64,000 bases of DNA from Spirochaetaceae bacterium (lineage in GTDB: Bacteria; Spirochaetota; Spirochaetia; DSM-2461), in contig OZ245056.1 of NCBI GenBank assembly GCA_965224705.1, positions 1,056,001 through 1,120,000 on the forward strand. The letters are read 5' to 3'. A program made the translations under genes and the position numbers. Below are positions 39,088-49,840 of this stretch, piece after piece (position 1 is the stretch's first letter; every line of letters starts with the position of its first letter). The notes beneath the pieces were generated by a model, which saw only the letters and a list, made by a program, of their open reading frames with translations, did not search any database and was not told the origin of the DNA.

Positions 39088-40482
39088 TCAGTTATTGGGC
39101 GTCAGAGGATAGTTTCCCGTAAGACACCCATTACAGAAATGCATCTTTTCTGAATTTAACGCCCTTGTCAAACCATCAAGACTTATATACCCCAGGCTAT
39201 CGGCTCCGATTTCCCTGCAAATCTCGTCCACATCCCTGCCAACCGCAATCAATTGTTCTGTATTGGGTGTATCAATTCCAAAAGAGCAGGGATACTTGAT
39301 GGGAGGAGAGACTATTCCCAGATGAATTTCAGAGGCCCCAGCCTTTCTCATAAGCGCAACAAGGTGACGGCTGGTTGTTCCTCGAACAATGGAATCATCT
39401 ATGAGGATGACCCGTTTATCTTTTACCAGCGATTTAACAACATTCAGTTTGACCAAGACGGTTTTTTCCCTGAATTCCTGTGAGGGATAAATAAAGCTTC
39501 TGCCGATGTATCGATTTTTGATGAATGCCATTTCAAAGGGAATTCCCGAGGCTTCTGAATAACCGATAGCTGCTGATATGCCAGAGTCCGGTACGGCAAC
39601 AACAATATCCGCATCAATAGGATTTTCCTTGAAGTACTCAGCTCCGCATCGTTTTCTGGCTTCCATAACACTGATATCGTCAATCTGACTGTCGGGCCGG
39701 GCAAAGTATATGTATTCAAAAATACAGGTTGAAAGTCTGGAAGATGTGTCATATCCCAGGGATTGCACTCCGTCCTCATCAATCACAACAATTTCTCCTG
39801 GTTCCAGATCCCGGACAAAATCGGCACCCAGGGTATTCAATGCACAGGATTCAGATGAAAGTATCCATGCGTCATCCATTTTCCCAAGGCAGAGAGGACG
39901 GATACCATGCGGATCTCTGATTCCAATCATCTTGTTATTTAGAAATAAGATGATGGCATAAGAACCTTTTACGGCCCTGCTAACATCTCTCAATGCCTTT
40001 TCAACCCCATGAAGGATTCCTCTGGCAATCATATTCAAAATGACCTCTGTGTCGCTGGTGGTTTGAAATACAACGCCGCCATCCTCCAGCAGAGAACGAA
40101 TGATTTCAGAATTGACCAGATTCCCATTGTGGGCCACTGCGAAGGATCCAAGTTTGCAGTGTCCTTCCAGAGGCTGCGCATTGGCAAGATTACTGCTTCC
40201 GGCGGTGGAGTATCGCGTATGACCGATAGCGGCATTTCCCCCATTCAATTCCTTGATTACAGCATCCTTAAAAACTTCGGCAACAAGACCCATTCCCTTG
40301 CGAGTTGTCAGTTTTCCCTGCCGACTCACCGTAATTCCGGCACTTTCCTGCCCTCGGTGCTGCAAGCCAAGAAGCCCGAGAAAGGTTATTTCGGCAACTG
40401 GACATTCGCTAAGAGAATAAATACCAAAAACACCGCATTCCTCATGCAGCCTGTCATCAGAAGGCAGGTCTCTAAACGACAT
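39088..40482 (-). CDS. purF: Amidophosphoribosyltransferase
   Basis: EECGVFG, LQHRGQESAG, FEYIYFARPDS, DDSIVRGTT. Confidence 0.97.
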   Translation of the reverse strand: MSFRDLPSDDRLHEECGVFGIYSLSECPVAEITFLGLLGLQHRGQESAGITVSRQGKLTTRKGMGLVAEVFKDAVIKELNGGNAAIGHTRYSTAGSSNLANAQPLEGHCKLGSFAVAHNGNLVNSEIIRSLLEDGGVVFQTTSDTEVILNMIARGILHGVEKALRDVSRAVKGSYAIILFLNNKMIGIRDPHGIRPLCLGKMDDAWILSSESCALNTLGADFVRDLEPGEIVVIDEDGVQSLGYDTSSRLSTCIFEYIYFARPDSQIDDISVMEARKRCGAEYFKENPIDADIVVAVPDSGISAAIGYSEASGIPFEMAFIKNRYIGRSFIYPSQEFREKTVLVKLNVVKSLVKDKRVILIDDSIVRGTTSRHLVALMRKAGASEIHLGIVSPPIKYPCSFGIDTPNTEQLIAVGRDVDEICREIGADSLGYISLDGLTRALNSEKMHFCNGCLTGNYPLTPNN

Positions 40483-40497
40483 TATAGCATCATCCCT

Positions 40498-40785
40498 GGA
40501 GTCTGTCGGACTTTAAGACTTCGAGGCGATTTTTGATGATTTTTTCCTGATGCAAGGCGACAAAAACTTAAGCGTAGCTGGGCTACGTGAGTATTTTGGC
40601 AACGCAGCAGTAGGGTATGCGAGTTTATGGACTCGCATACCGAAGAGAGTGCCGAGCGATAGCGAGGAAAAGCCGCCACGGATGGCGGCGAAAACGAACG
40701 AAGGCGGCTCTCCAGAAGCAAGCAGGAGGCTTGCTTCTGGAGAGAAGGGCAAAAATCGAGCGTGAGACGTAAGTCCGACAGGCTC
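40498..40785 (+). mobile_element. MITE, longest copy (288 bp), between purC and purF
   Basis: TIRs GGAGTCTGTCGGACTT/AAGTCCGACAGGCTC; no coding capacity; several internal hairpins. Confidence 0.88.
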
Positions 40786-41500
40786 ATTGTTCTACTCGGG
40801 ACAATATCTCTCTATAGGCTCCCTGAACATCACCCAGATCCCTCCTAAACCTGTCTTTATCCAGTTTTTGATTTGTTTCCTTGTCCCAGAAACGACAGGT
40901 ATCAGGGCTGATTTCATCCGCCAGCAGGAGAGTTCCATCATCGGTCTTTCCAAATTCCAGCTTGAAGTCAACAAGGAGAATCCCCTGACGATTGAAAAAA
41001 TCAGTCATAATACGGTTTATATCCGAGGTAATGGCATAGATCTGTTTAAGCTCTTCGTATGTGCTGATACCCATGGCCACTGCATGGTGGTCGTTGATTA
41101 AAGGATCTCCAAAGTCATCATTCTTATAGCAGATTTCAAAGACGGTATTGGGGATTCTGGTTCCTTCCTCTATGCCCAGTCTTTTGGCCATGCTGCCTGC
41201 AATCACATTGCGGACAATCACTTCAAGAGGAATAATGGAGAGGGCCCTGCATAACTGGTTTCGATCATCCAGTTTTTCCACAAAATGAGTCCGGATACCC
41301 TGTTCTTCCAGCATCCGAAACAAAACCGAAGTAATGGCATTGTTAAAAACACCCTTGGATTCTATCTGTCCTTTCTTTGCCCCATTGAAGGCTGTAGCAT
41401 CGTCCTTATAGCAGACAATGACGTAGGCCGGGTTATTCGTTGCATAAACCTTTTTTGCCTTGCCCTCATACATCATCTTTTGCCTTGTAACACCTTTCAT
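40784..41500 (-). CDS. purC: SAICAR synthase
   Basis: [35 protein letters not shown]. Confidence 0.97.
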   Translation of the reverse strand: MKGVTRQKMMYEGKAKKVYATNNPAYVIVCYKDDATAFNGAKKGQIESKGVFNNAITSVLFRMLEEQGIRTHFVEKLDDRNQLCRALSIIPLEVIVRNVIAGSMAKRLGIEEGTRIPNTVFEICYKNDDFGDPLINDHHAVAMGISTYEELKQIYAITSDINRIMTDFFNRQGILLVDFKLEFGKTDDGTLLLADEISPDTCRFWDKETNQKLDKDRFRRDLGDVQGAYREILSRVEQ

Positions 41501-41976
41501 AAATCAATCCTCCCGCTATTATCCGCAATAAAATCTTCCTTCATATTTTTCCTAAAATGAATCAGTTTTTCTCTCAATTCAGGATACTTAAGCGCCAGTA
41601 TCTGCACTCCCAGCATGGCCGCATTGTAGGAGTTATTGACACCGACAGTCGCAACGGGTATGGATCTGGGCATTTGTACAATGGAAAACAATGCATCCAG
41701 ACCCTGGAATGCCGCATCCAGCGGCACACCGATTACCGGCAGAGTCGTTTTTGAGGCAATAACACCGGGAAGATGCGCTGATAGTCCCGCTCCAGCGATG
41801 AAAAACTCACAGCCATCTTCTTCCATTCGCTTAATTTCTTCTGTTAGTTTTTCCGGAACTCTATGGGCGGACAGAATGTGAACTTCGTATCGCACCCCGA
41901 ATTTTTTCAAACAAACAGCGGCACCTTTCATTTTCTCCAGATCCGATCGGCTTCCAAATAGAATTGCGCATTTCAC
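41497..41976 (-). CDS. purE: N5-CAIR mutase / AIR carboxylase
   Basis: [31 protein letters not shown]. Confidence 0.97.
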   Translation of the reverse strand: MKCAILFGSRSDLEKMKGAAVCLKKFGVRYEVHILSAHRVPEKLTEEIKRMEEDGCEFFIAGAGLSAHLPGVIASKTTLPVIGVPLDAAFQGLDALFSIVQMPRSIPVATVGVNNSYNAAMLGVQILALKYPELREKLIHFRKNMKEDFIADNSGRIDL

Positions 41977-41997
41977 ATGAACCTCCTTAATCTCAAT

Positions 41998-44900
41998 CTA
42001 TTCAAAATACTTGATACCCGACTCAAAAAGAGCCTGATACTTCTTACCGGGTATGTTGATGAAATTATTGGAACTATAGCGTTCCGTATGACCCATTTTC
42101 CCAAGGATTTTTCCACATGGCGATGTAATCCCTTCGATAGCAAGATCAGAACCGTTTGGATTAAACCGAGGGTTCATACTGCTGTATCCTTCGTCATCAC
42201 AGTATTGAAAGGCAATCTGTCCGTTCTTCTCTAATTCCTTCAATATGTATGATTTTGCGCTAAACCTTCCTTCCCCATGGGAAATGGCGATTGTATGCAG
42301 GTCTCCTGTGTTCATGTTCTGAAGCCAGGGGGAGTGTGTACTCTGAACCCTGGTTGTAACCATTCTGGAAATATGTCTGTCATTTATATTTTTTGCCAGA
42401 GTAGGTGAATCACTATTGAGTTTACCTATCCTGCCATAGGGCAGAAGACCGGATTTAATCAAGGCCTGAAATCCATTACAGATTCCCAGAATAAGGCCAT
42501 CACGGTCAAGAAAAGTCGCTATGGCCTCTGACACCAACGGGCTCAAAAGAACATTGGCAATGAATTTTCCCGAACCATCAGGTTCGTCTCCTGCCGAAAA
42601 ACCTCCGGCCAGCACGAGTATCTGCGATGTTTGAATTCCCTGCACCATGGCATCAAGACTTGCCAGGATGTCGGCACGATTCCTATTACAGAATACAGAG
42701 ATGAGTGTTGCGGCACCGGCATCCTTAAAGGCACGTTCCGTATCATACTCGCAGTTGCTACCGGGAAAAACCGGAATAAACACTTGCGGAACACCCGCAA
42801 AAAGACCGCTTTGCCAGACGGTCTGACTCTTGTACAAAGCAAGATTGCAGTTCTCAGCACTAAGGATGTCCGGATCATCCTTGAAGACATGATCCAGGGG
42901 TTTCTTCCAGAATCTCAGAGCATCATCAAGAGCTATCGTAAATTGGGAGAATCTAAGTTCCTTCTCTTCAATGGTCTGTCCAAGAACCTGGAGTTCAGGG
43001 TATTCATCGGTCAGGTTTGCATCATCGGATTCAAAAAGGATATCCCCCTTTCCCCGGTCGAAGAGAGGTATGTTTTTACCTTTCCAATCAAATCCAATGC
43101 CATTTCCAATAGCCATTTTGAATATCTGCGAAGCAATGCCTCCTTCTTTCACCGTTGATGCGGATTTAATTTTTCTTTTATGAATCAGAGCCTCCACCAG
43201 ATCAAATCCGTGTTTCAACCTATTCCAGTGTGGTAAATGAAATTCATCCATCTCAACCTTCAGGTAATAGACGGTATTGCCCGGATTTTTGAATTCGGAC
43301 GATACAATATGTTCGATTCTGGATGTTGTGACGGCAAAGGAAATCAATGTAGGAGGAACATGCAGGTCATGAAAGGTTCCAGACATGCTGTCTTTGCCGC
43401 CGATGGCCGGTATATCCAGTTCTTCCTGCACAGACAAAGCCCCCAGAAGAGCGGCAGCGGGAAGACCCCAGTTTTCAGGATCCTTTCCAAGCCGTTTGAA
43501 ATACTCCTGCAGGCTCAGCCGTGCTTTCCTCCATCTTCCGCCGGAGACAACCAGACGCGCCAAAGATGAAATCACGGCATAAATGCTGCCGTGATAGGGA
43601 CTCCACTTTGATATGGCCGGATCAAAACCGTATGCCAAAAGGCTGCAGGTCATCGTTCTGCCATGCTGTACAGGCAGCTTGTGTATGGACGCCTCCGATT
43701 CGCTAAGCTGGTATTTTCCCCCATAGGGCATCTGTACCGTTGCAGCACCGATGGACGCATCAAACATTTCAACCAGACCTTTCTGGGAGCAGACGTTCAA
43801 TCCCGAAACTATGCGTTTCATGGTTTCTTGAGTCGGTTCAGAATCGTCAGTAAATGGCGTCTTTTCCCAGTTGATTGCAGGAAGGGATACGCTGGCCATT
43901 GGCCTGACGCCATTGGTGTCCAGAAAATCCCGGTCAAGATCGACAATCTTCCGGTCTCTCCATTTCAGAACAAATCGATTGTCATTTGTGACATCCGCCA
44001 CATGACTCGCTTCCAGATTTTCTGATTCGGCCAATTGAATCAACTTCTCTTTATCTTCCATGCTCACCAAAACAGCCATTCGCTCCTGAGATTCTGATAT
44101 GGCCAGATCCGTTCCGCTTAATCCCTGATATTTTGTAGGCATCCTATCCAGATTAGCGATAAGCCCCGGACAGAGTTCCCCAATGGCGACGGAAATGCCT
44201 CCGGCCCCCAAATCATTGCATTTTTTGATGAGCTGAGTCACTTTCGGATTACGGAACAATCGCTGGATTTTTCTTTCTTCGGGAGCATTGCCCTTCTGAA
44301 CTTCCGCATTGCAGGTCCGAAGAGATTCATGCGTGTGCTCTTTGGAAGAACCAGTTGCCCCGCCACAGCCATCGCGCCCGGTTCTGCCGCCGATAAGAAT
44401 AATGGCATCCCCGGCAATGGGGAGCTCTCTTCTTACCATGTATTTTGGCACAGCGCCCACAACGGCTCCAAGCTCCATTCGCTTGGCCTTGTAACCGGGA
44501 TCATATATTTCCCTAACAAAACTTGTGGCAAGACCAACTTGATTTCCGTATGAGCTGTAGCCGCGAGCGGCGGTTTTGGTAATACATCTCTGCGGTAGTT
44601 TACCAGGGAGAGTCTTCTCCACGGCTTCTGTCGGATCCGATGCGCCTGTGATTCTCATCGCCTGGTACACATAAGAGCGTCCGGACAGGGGATCCCGGAT
44701 GGCGCCTCCCAAACAGGTGGAAGCTCCTCCAAAAGGTTCAATTTCCGTTGGATGATTATGCGTTTCATTCTTAAACATCATAAGCCAGGGTTCGGCCCTG
44801 CCATCGACATCGACATCAATTTCCACACTGCAGGCATTGATTTCCTCCGAGACTTCCAGATCCTCAAGAAGTCCTTCCAGCCTTTGCCGTCTGGCGGAGA

Positions 44901-45705
44901 TGGTGGCCATATCCATAAGTGTCAGAGGCCTGTTCTCCCGACCACAGCGTGAGCGGAGACTTTTATAATGCTCCAGAGTCCGTACAAGAGTTTCACGAAA
45001 CCGGTCTTCCGGGAGTGTAATTTCAATGAGTTCTGTCTCGAATGTCGTATGACGGCAGTGATCCGACCAATAGGTATCAAGGACTCGGATTTCTGTTTCA
45101 GTTGGAGCGCGGTTTTCTGTTTTACGGAAGTAGTTCTGACAATGCCGTATATCTTCAATGGACATGGCCAATTCCATGGAACGCCGCAGATTATCGGGTT
45201 TGTCCTTGTTGAAATCGGTCAAAACAGAAATATCTGCAGCTTCGGTGCCTAAGTGAAAAATGGACTTATCCGAGAGGTCTTTTTCCCGGGATTCAATGGG
45301 ATTGATGCAATATAACTTAATGCGGGCAAAATCGCTATCTGTAATATGACCTTTTACTATGAACAACTGACTGCTTCTAACACTGCCTGACCAGTCAGGA
45401 TAGATAAGCTGTATACACTGAGCCGCGGAATCTGCCCTTTGATCGAATTGACCGGGGAGATATTCGACAGCGAACTGATGTCTCTCTCCGGGAACCTCTT
45501 CCAATATGACATCTGAAGGAATCTCAGAGAAGATCAACGCTTTTATGGTATCAATCTGCCGGGAATCAACGCCGGTCAATTCGTATATGTTGATCGTTCT
45601 GATTTCTGAAAGATTCTGAAGGCCCAGGGTTTCCACGAGTTCTGATTTCATACAATTGGCATGGTCAATTCTTTTTTCAACGAAAACACGAAAATAATCA
45701 GGCAT
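41998..45705 (-). CDS. purL: FGAM synthase, large fused form
   Basis: YWSDHCRH, KNETHNHPT, GGKDSMSG; C-terminal glutaminase GICNGFQ and MGHTER. Confidence 0.97.
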   Translation of the reverse strand: MPDYFRVFVEKRIDHANCMKSELVETLGLQNLSEIRTINIYELTGVDSRQIDTIKALIFSEIPSDVILEEVPGERHQFAVEYLPGQFDQRADSAAQCIQLIYPDWSGSVRSSQLFIVKGHITDSDFARIKLYCINPIESREKDLSDKSIFHLGTEAADISVLTDFNKDKPDNLRRSMELAMSIEDIRHCQNYFRKTENRAPTETEIRVLDTYWSDHCRHTTFETELIEITLPEDRFRETLVRTLEHYKSLRSRCGRENRPLTLMDMATISARRQRLEGLLEDLEVSEEINACSVEIDVDVDGRAEPWLMMFKNETHNHPTEIEPFGGASTCLGGAIRDPLSGRSYVYQAMRITGASDPTEAVEKTLPGKLPQRCITKTAARGYSSYGNQVGLATSFVREIYDPGYKAKRMELGAVVGAVPKYMVRRELPIAGDAIILIGGRTGRDGCGGATGSSKEHTHESLRTCNAEVQKGNAPEERKIQRLFRNPKVTQLIKKCNDLGAGGISVAIGELCPGLIANLDRMPTKYQGLSGTDLAISESQERMAVLVSMEDKEKLIQLAESENLEASHVADVTNDNRFVLKWRDRKIVDLDRDFLDTNGVRPMASVSLPAINWEKTPFTDDSEPTQETMKRIVSGLNVCSQKGLVEMFDASIGAATVQMPYGGKYQLSESEASIHKLPVQHGRTMTCSLLAYGFDPAISKWSPYHGSIYAVISSLARLVVSGGRWRKARLSLQEYFKRLGKDPENWGLPAAALLGALSVQEELDIPAIGGKDSMSGTFHDLHVPPTLISFAVTTSRIEHIVSSEFKNPGNTVYYLKVEMDEFHLPHWNRLKHGFDLVEALIHKRKIKSASTVKEGGIASQIFKMAIGNGIGFDWKGKNIPLFDRGKGDILFESDDANLTDEYPELQVLGQTIEEKELRFSQFTIALDDALRFWKKPLDHVFKDDPDILSAENCNLALYKSQTVWQSGLFAGVPQVFIPVFPGSNCEYDTERAFKDAGAATLISVFCNRNRADILASLDAMVQGIQTSQILVLAGGFSAGDEPDGSGKFIANVLLSPLVSEAIATFLDRDGLILGICNGFQALIKSGLLPYGRIGKLNSDSPTLAKNINDRHISRMVTTRVQSTHSPWLQNMNTGDLHTIAISHGEGRFSAKSYILKELEKNGQIAFQYCDDEGYSSMNPRFNPNGSDLAIEGITSPCGKILGKMGHTERYSSNNFINIPGKKYQALFESGIKYFE

Positions 45706-45811
45706 ACCTAAAAGGTTTCTTTGAGGTTTTCACCGTCAGCATCCTATAAACCATCCCGGAGAAATCGGAGGGTGTTTGAGTGCCGACCGCTCAGGTCGGC
45801 TTGTTTAGCCT

Positions 45812-45838
45812 ATTATAATACAGTTTAGTAAACTGTAT
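45812..45838 (-). promoter_or_regulatory. Perfect palindrome next to a -10 box upstream of the pur operon
   Basis: ATACAGTTTA-G-TAAACTGTAT (45818-45838) abuts TATAAT on the minus strand. Confidence 0.5.
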
Positions 45839-45860
45839 ATAGTGTCCCGAAGAATGAGGA

Positions 45861-46035
45861 GGGCAATCACATCTAAAATCCACAAAGAACTTCAAGCAGA
45901 TAGTCATTATCCGTCCAGTTTTTTACGCCTGGCGCAATGTCGTCCTGAGTCACTTTGTCCTTCTTCAACAGGTTCAGAGAAATGTGGCGGAGTTTCCCGA
46001 ATTCTGTGGAATCGCATTATTCTCCCTAAAATCTT
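45861..46035 (-). mobile_element. ISAs1-family 3' remnant
   Basis: Broken frames LRHISLNLLKKDK...DNDYLLEVL; end ATGTGATTGCCCT. Confidence 0.55.
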
Positions 46036-46126
46036 CCCCAGGGTGGGAAAAAACTGCGGTTTAGTACCGCTTTTAGGAGATTTCACATTCTTTGAGACGT
46101 GATGAAAGTCTTATTCATGGTTTTTA

Positions 46127-46222
46127 ACCGCAGAGGACGCAGAGAGCGCGGAGTGTTCAAGGTAATTATTGACCAATCTTTTTATCTCGTATTTCTCTGC
46201 GCACCGTTGCGATCTCTGCGTG
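46127..46222. repeat. REP-like inverted repeat pair
   Basis: ACCGCAGAGGACGCAGAGAGCGCGGAG ... CTCTGCGCACCGTTGCGATCTCTGCGTG. Confidence 0.45.
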
Positions 46223-46423
46223 AATGACGGAAGAGAAAACGCAATACCTGTTTGATCTCTCTGGCGAATTAGTTTTTAATGACCGGAGGAAGGGGTTGTG
46301 TCAAATTTCGGCCTGACATAGCTGTGAACGGAAAAGAGGGTGTTCAGGTAGAATGAAGACAGGCTATAACAGGATCAAGCACAATCAAATCGAGGATTTC
46401 CCTGATTCTGGAGGAGGAGTTTG

Positions 46424-47116
46424 ATGAAGACAGCATCCAGGCCGAAGAAGTCATCCAGAGAACCCCTTGCGGTCTTCGCCTATAAGGCCATTGCTCGGCG
46501 GATTGTCTGCCTGGAATATGAACCCAGCCAGCATCTGGAGGAAAATCAGCTCATAAGGGACCTGGGCATCGGACGCACTCCGATAAGGGAAGCCCTCGTC
46601 CGTCTACAGGGTGAAAAGCTGGTGGAATCCCACCCTAACCGCGGGATGATCGTCCGCCCCATCACCCTTCAGAATACCAGGGCCATGTTTGAATCCATGA
46701 GCATATTTGAAAGCGGAGCGGCGGAAGTCTCCGTAACAAAGGATTGCAGCCAGGTCCTTCAGAAGCTGAGGGAAGACAATGCCGCCATGATCGAGGCCAT
46801 TAAAGCCAACGACATAATGACAATGGTGGAGGCCAACCATACTTTTCACATGCATTACGCCAGGGCATCCCAGAATGAATTTCTAATCCGGGCCATCCAG
46901 GAAGTGCGAACAGAGGCCAAGCGCCTTTCCTATCTGTCCTACAGTACCAGGATCAATCAAAATCATGTCCTTGAGGAGCACTATGCCACGGTCATAGAGG
47001 AACATGAGGGAATTATCGCCACTCTGGAATCTAAAGATCTCCCGGCTCTTAAAGAGCTGTTGAAAAAGCATGTCCAGACATTCCGGGATCGCATCATCAA
47101 GTTCATGGTAATGTGA
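46424..47116 (+). CDS. GntR/FCD transcriptional regulator
   Basis: LGIGRTPIREAL HTH; FCD C-domain. Confidence 0.92.
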   Translation: MKTASRPKKSSREPLAVFAYKAIARRIVCLEYEPSQHLEENQLIRDLGIGRTPIREALVRLQGEKLVESHPNRGMIVRPITLQNTRAMFESMSIFESGAAEVSVTKDCSQVLQKLREDNAAMIEAIKANDIMTMVEANHTFHMHYARASQNEFLIRAIQEVRTEAKRLSYLSYSTRINQNHVLEEHYATVIEEHEGIIATLESKDLPALKELLKKHVQTFRDRIIKFMVM

Positions 47117-47134
47117 AAATCCAGAGGAGGAATT

Positions 47135-47893
47135 ATGAAAACCATCGATTTGAACTGTGATATGGGTGAAAGTTTTGGGCGATACACATTGGGTATGGAT
47201 AATCAGATTATGCCGTACATCAGCTCGGCCAACATCGCCTGCGGCTGGCATGCCGGAGATCCCCCTGTCATGAATGCCTCGGTACAGGCGGCTAAATCCT
47301 GCGGTGTCGCGGTAGGTGCCCACCCGGGATACCCCGATCTCATGGGCTTTGGCCGCCGCCGAATGGCCCTGAGTCCCGAGGAAATTCAGCACTACCTTAT
47401 TTACCAGATTGGTGCCCTCCAGGCTTTCTGCCGGGTGTACCAGGTTGAACTTCAGCATGTCAAACCCCATGGAGCCCTTTATCTCGATGCTCTGGAGACC
47501 CCGGAGACAGCCAGGGCGATCGTCCTGGCCGTTCAAAAACTGGATCCCCGCCTCCGCCTCGTTACTCTTGCGGGAAAAAAAGGCGAAGCTATGCGGTATA
47601 TGGCGGAGGAAATGGGACTGCGTGTCATCCTTGAGGCCTTCCCCGACCGGGCTTATACCGCCCAGGGGACATTGATGCCCAGGAGTCGGCCGAATGCCGT
47701 CATTACGGATCCCGGACAGGTGGCACAGCGCGCCCTGGATATGGCCAGGGGATTCGTTATTGTTGAAGACGGCTCGCGGCTCAAACTGGATGTTCAAACC
47801 CTCTGTGTCCATGGAGATAACGAAGAAGCCGTGGCTCTGGTCAAAAGCATCCGTGCCCTTCTGGAGGCCGAGAAAATTCGGGTTTCCCCATAA
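47135..47893 (+). CDS. pxpA: 5-oxoprolinase subunit A (LamB/YcsF)
   Basis: DLNCDMGESFG, ANIACGWHAGD, HVKPHGALY, CVHGDN. Confidence 0.95.
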   Translation: MKTIDLNCDMGESFGRYTLGMDNQIMPYISSANIACGWHAGDPPVMNASVQAAKSCGVAVGAHPGYPDLMGFGRRRMALSPEEIQHYLIYQIGALQAFCRVYQVELQHVKPHGALYLDALETPETARAIVLAVQKLDPRLRLVTLAGKKGEAMRYMAEEMGLRVILEAFPDRAYTAQGTLMPRSRPNAVITDPGQVAQRALDMARGFVIVEDGSRLKLDVQTLCVHGDNEEAVALVKSIRALLEAEKIRVSP

Positions 47894-47941
47894 ACGTCTG
47901 ACAGACTCCTATGTGAATCGACGAAAAAAGTCAAAAAACAC

Positions 47942-47980
47942 TTGACATGCATGATGGAAATATGTCAAATATATTTCATG
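47942..47980 (+). promoter_or_regulatory. Promoter/operator upstream of pxpB
   Basis: TTGACA followed by the inverted repeat GAAATAT-N7-ATATTTC. Confidence 0.5.
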
Positions 47981-48016
47981 TGTATGGAGTTTCGTTCCAT
48001 CCGCAGGAGATTTAGC

Positions 48017-48727
48017 ATGTTCCCGAACAGAGCGAACCATGATTTACCTCTTTTCCGCTTAATCGGAGACAGCGGACTGCTTATGGAATTGGGGAAGACC
48101 ATCGATCCAGAAGTGAACTCCGTCATACGGGCCATGAGTGTCCGCCTGGAAGACAGTCCACCTCCGGGAGTTAGGGAAATCATTCCCTCCTACTGCGCAC
48201 TGACCCTTATCTACGATCCCCTTGCCGTTGAAATTGAAGACCTGATCTCCGAGCTGTCGGGTCTTCACGCGACTCTTGATGTCCAAAAACTCCCGCCGCA
48301 GAAAACCATAGAATTACCGGTCTGCTACCATTCCAGCCTCGGCCCGGACCTGGATTATGTGGCCAGGGTGAACCGATTGACGCCCGAAAAGGTTGTGGAA
48401 ATCCATACAGCACCGGATTACCCAATTTACATGATTGGATTCACCCCGGGATTTCCCTATCTTGGGGGGCTGTCTGAAAAGATTCACACCCCCAGACTCA
48501 GTACGCCCCGAACCTGCGTACCGGCGGGTTCCGTGGGCATTGCCAACAACCAGACGGGGATATATCCTATCGACAGTCCAGGCGGATGGCAGATTATCGG
48601 GCAATGTCCGATAAAACTCTTCGATCCAGCCAGGGACCCGCCTGTCCTTCTCAAGGCGGGGGGAAAACTCAGATTCAAGGCCATTCCCCTCGACGAGTTC
48701 CAGCGACTCAAGGAGGCTGTCCGATGA
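48017..48727 (+). CDS. pxpB: 5-oxoprolinase subunit B
   Basis: GFTPGFPYLGGL, VPAGSVGIA..QTGIYP..SPGGWQIIG. Confidence 0.93.
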   Translation: MFPNRANHDLPLFRLIGDSGLLMELGKTIDPEVNSVIRAMSVRLEDSPPPGVREIIPSYCALTLIYDPLAVEIEDLISELSGLHATLDVQKLPPQKTIELPVCYHSSLGPDLDYVARVNRLTPEKVVEIHTAPDYPIYMIGFTPGFPYLGGLSEKIHTPRLSTPRTCVPAGSVGIANNQTGIYPIDSPGGWQIIGQCPIKLFDPARDPPVLLKAGGKLRFKAIPLDEFQRLKEAVR

Positions 48728-49686
48728 AGGTCCTGCGCATCATTGAACCGGGCCCATTTACCACCGTTCAGGATCGAGGCCGCTTCGGGTTCCGGCAGTT
48801 TGGGATCCCTCCCTGCGGCATAATGGACCATTGGGCGGGCATCCTGGCCAATCTTTTGGTGGGCACCCCCCCGGATGCCGCCGTTCTGGAATGGACCTTC
48901 ATGGGAGGCCGTCTGGAAGCTCTGGATGAATTCGATCTGGCTGTTACCGGCGGCAATATGGCATTGCGTATAAACGGCGTTCCCCGAAAATCCTGGGAAT
49001 CGCATCGTGTTCACCGGGGAGAGATTATTGAACTTGGAAAGGTAGAAAACGGATGCCGGACCTACCTTGCCATAACCGGCGGCATCGATGTCCCCATCCT
49101 CATGGGCAGCCGATCCACCCATATAGCCGCCCGAATGGGAGGATATGAGGGACGGATTCTCGCCCGGAACGATGAACTTTCAAGGGGACAGGGCAGTCCG
49201 TTGAAGCAGTCCAGAGCTATCCCGAAGGAATACATTCCAGATTATGGATCCGAAATTCTCCTTCGGGTTGTTTCCGGCCCCCAGAGTGACTACTTCGGCA
49301 AGGGAAAGAAAGCCTTCCTCCGCGAAGTATTCACTGTGACGTCCCAATCCAACCGTATGGGATGCCGCCTTCAGGGCCCTTCCATCCACCGTAGGCGAGG
49401 CAGGCCCCAGAGCATTATCTCCGAATCCGTACTCCCCGGGGTAATCCAGGTTCCCGAAGATGGACAGGCCATCGTCCTTTTTTCCGAGCAGACAGTCGGA
49501 GGATACGCCAAAATTGCCACAGTGATTTCCGCGGATATTCCGGTTCTGGCTCAAAGTATTCCCGATACCAGGATCCGATTTGAAGAGATCAGCCTGAAAG
49601 AGGCCCATAGTATCTACCGGAAACAGGCGGATCGTCTCCGGAGTCTGATGGAAACAAATTTTTTCGATACAGGAGGAAGCCTATGA
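48724..49686 (+). CDS. pxpC: 5-oxoprolinase subunit C
   Basis: TTVQDRGR, YLAITGG, SNRMGCRL, TVGGYAKIA. Confidence 0.93.
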   Translation: MKVLRIIEPGPFTTVQDRGRFGFRQFGIPPCGIMDHWAGILANLLVGTPPDAAVLEWTFMGGRLEALDEFDLAVTGGNMALRINGVPRKSWESHRVHRGEIIELGKVENGCRTYLAITGGIDVPILMGSRSTHIAARMGGYEGRILARNDELSRGQGSPLKQSRAIPKEYIPDYGSEILLRVVSGPQSDYFGKGKKAFLREVFTVTSQSNRMGCRLQGPSIHRRRGRPQSIISESVLPGVIQVPEDGQAIVLFSEQTVGGYAKIATVISADIPVLAQSIPDTRIRFEEISLKEAHSIYRKQADRLRSLMETNFFDTGGSL

Positions 49687-49840
49687 TCTGGTTTTAACAG
49701 CACATCGAAGGGATTGTCGGCCAACCGACGGACAATAAGCGGATCACGGAAGAGTATTCTGTGTCTCAGAGAAGGGGGGTCTCTCCTGATTTTTTGGAGC
49801 TTCCCGTAGTATTTTGTTTTGCGAATAAGGAGTAAACATA

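Noticed and set aside
45706..45810. Purine, ZTP or PRPP riboswitch upstream of purL
   Set aside because: The consensus cores could not be matched by eye.
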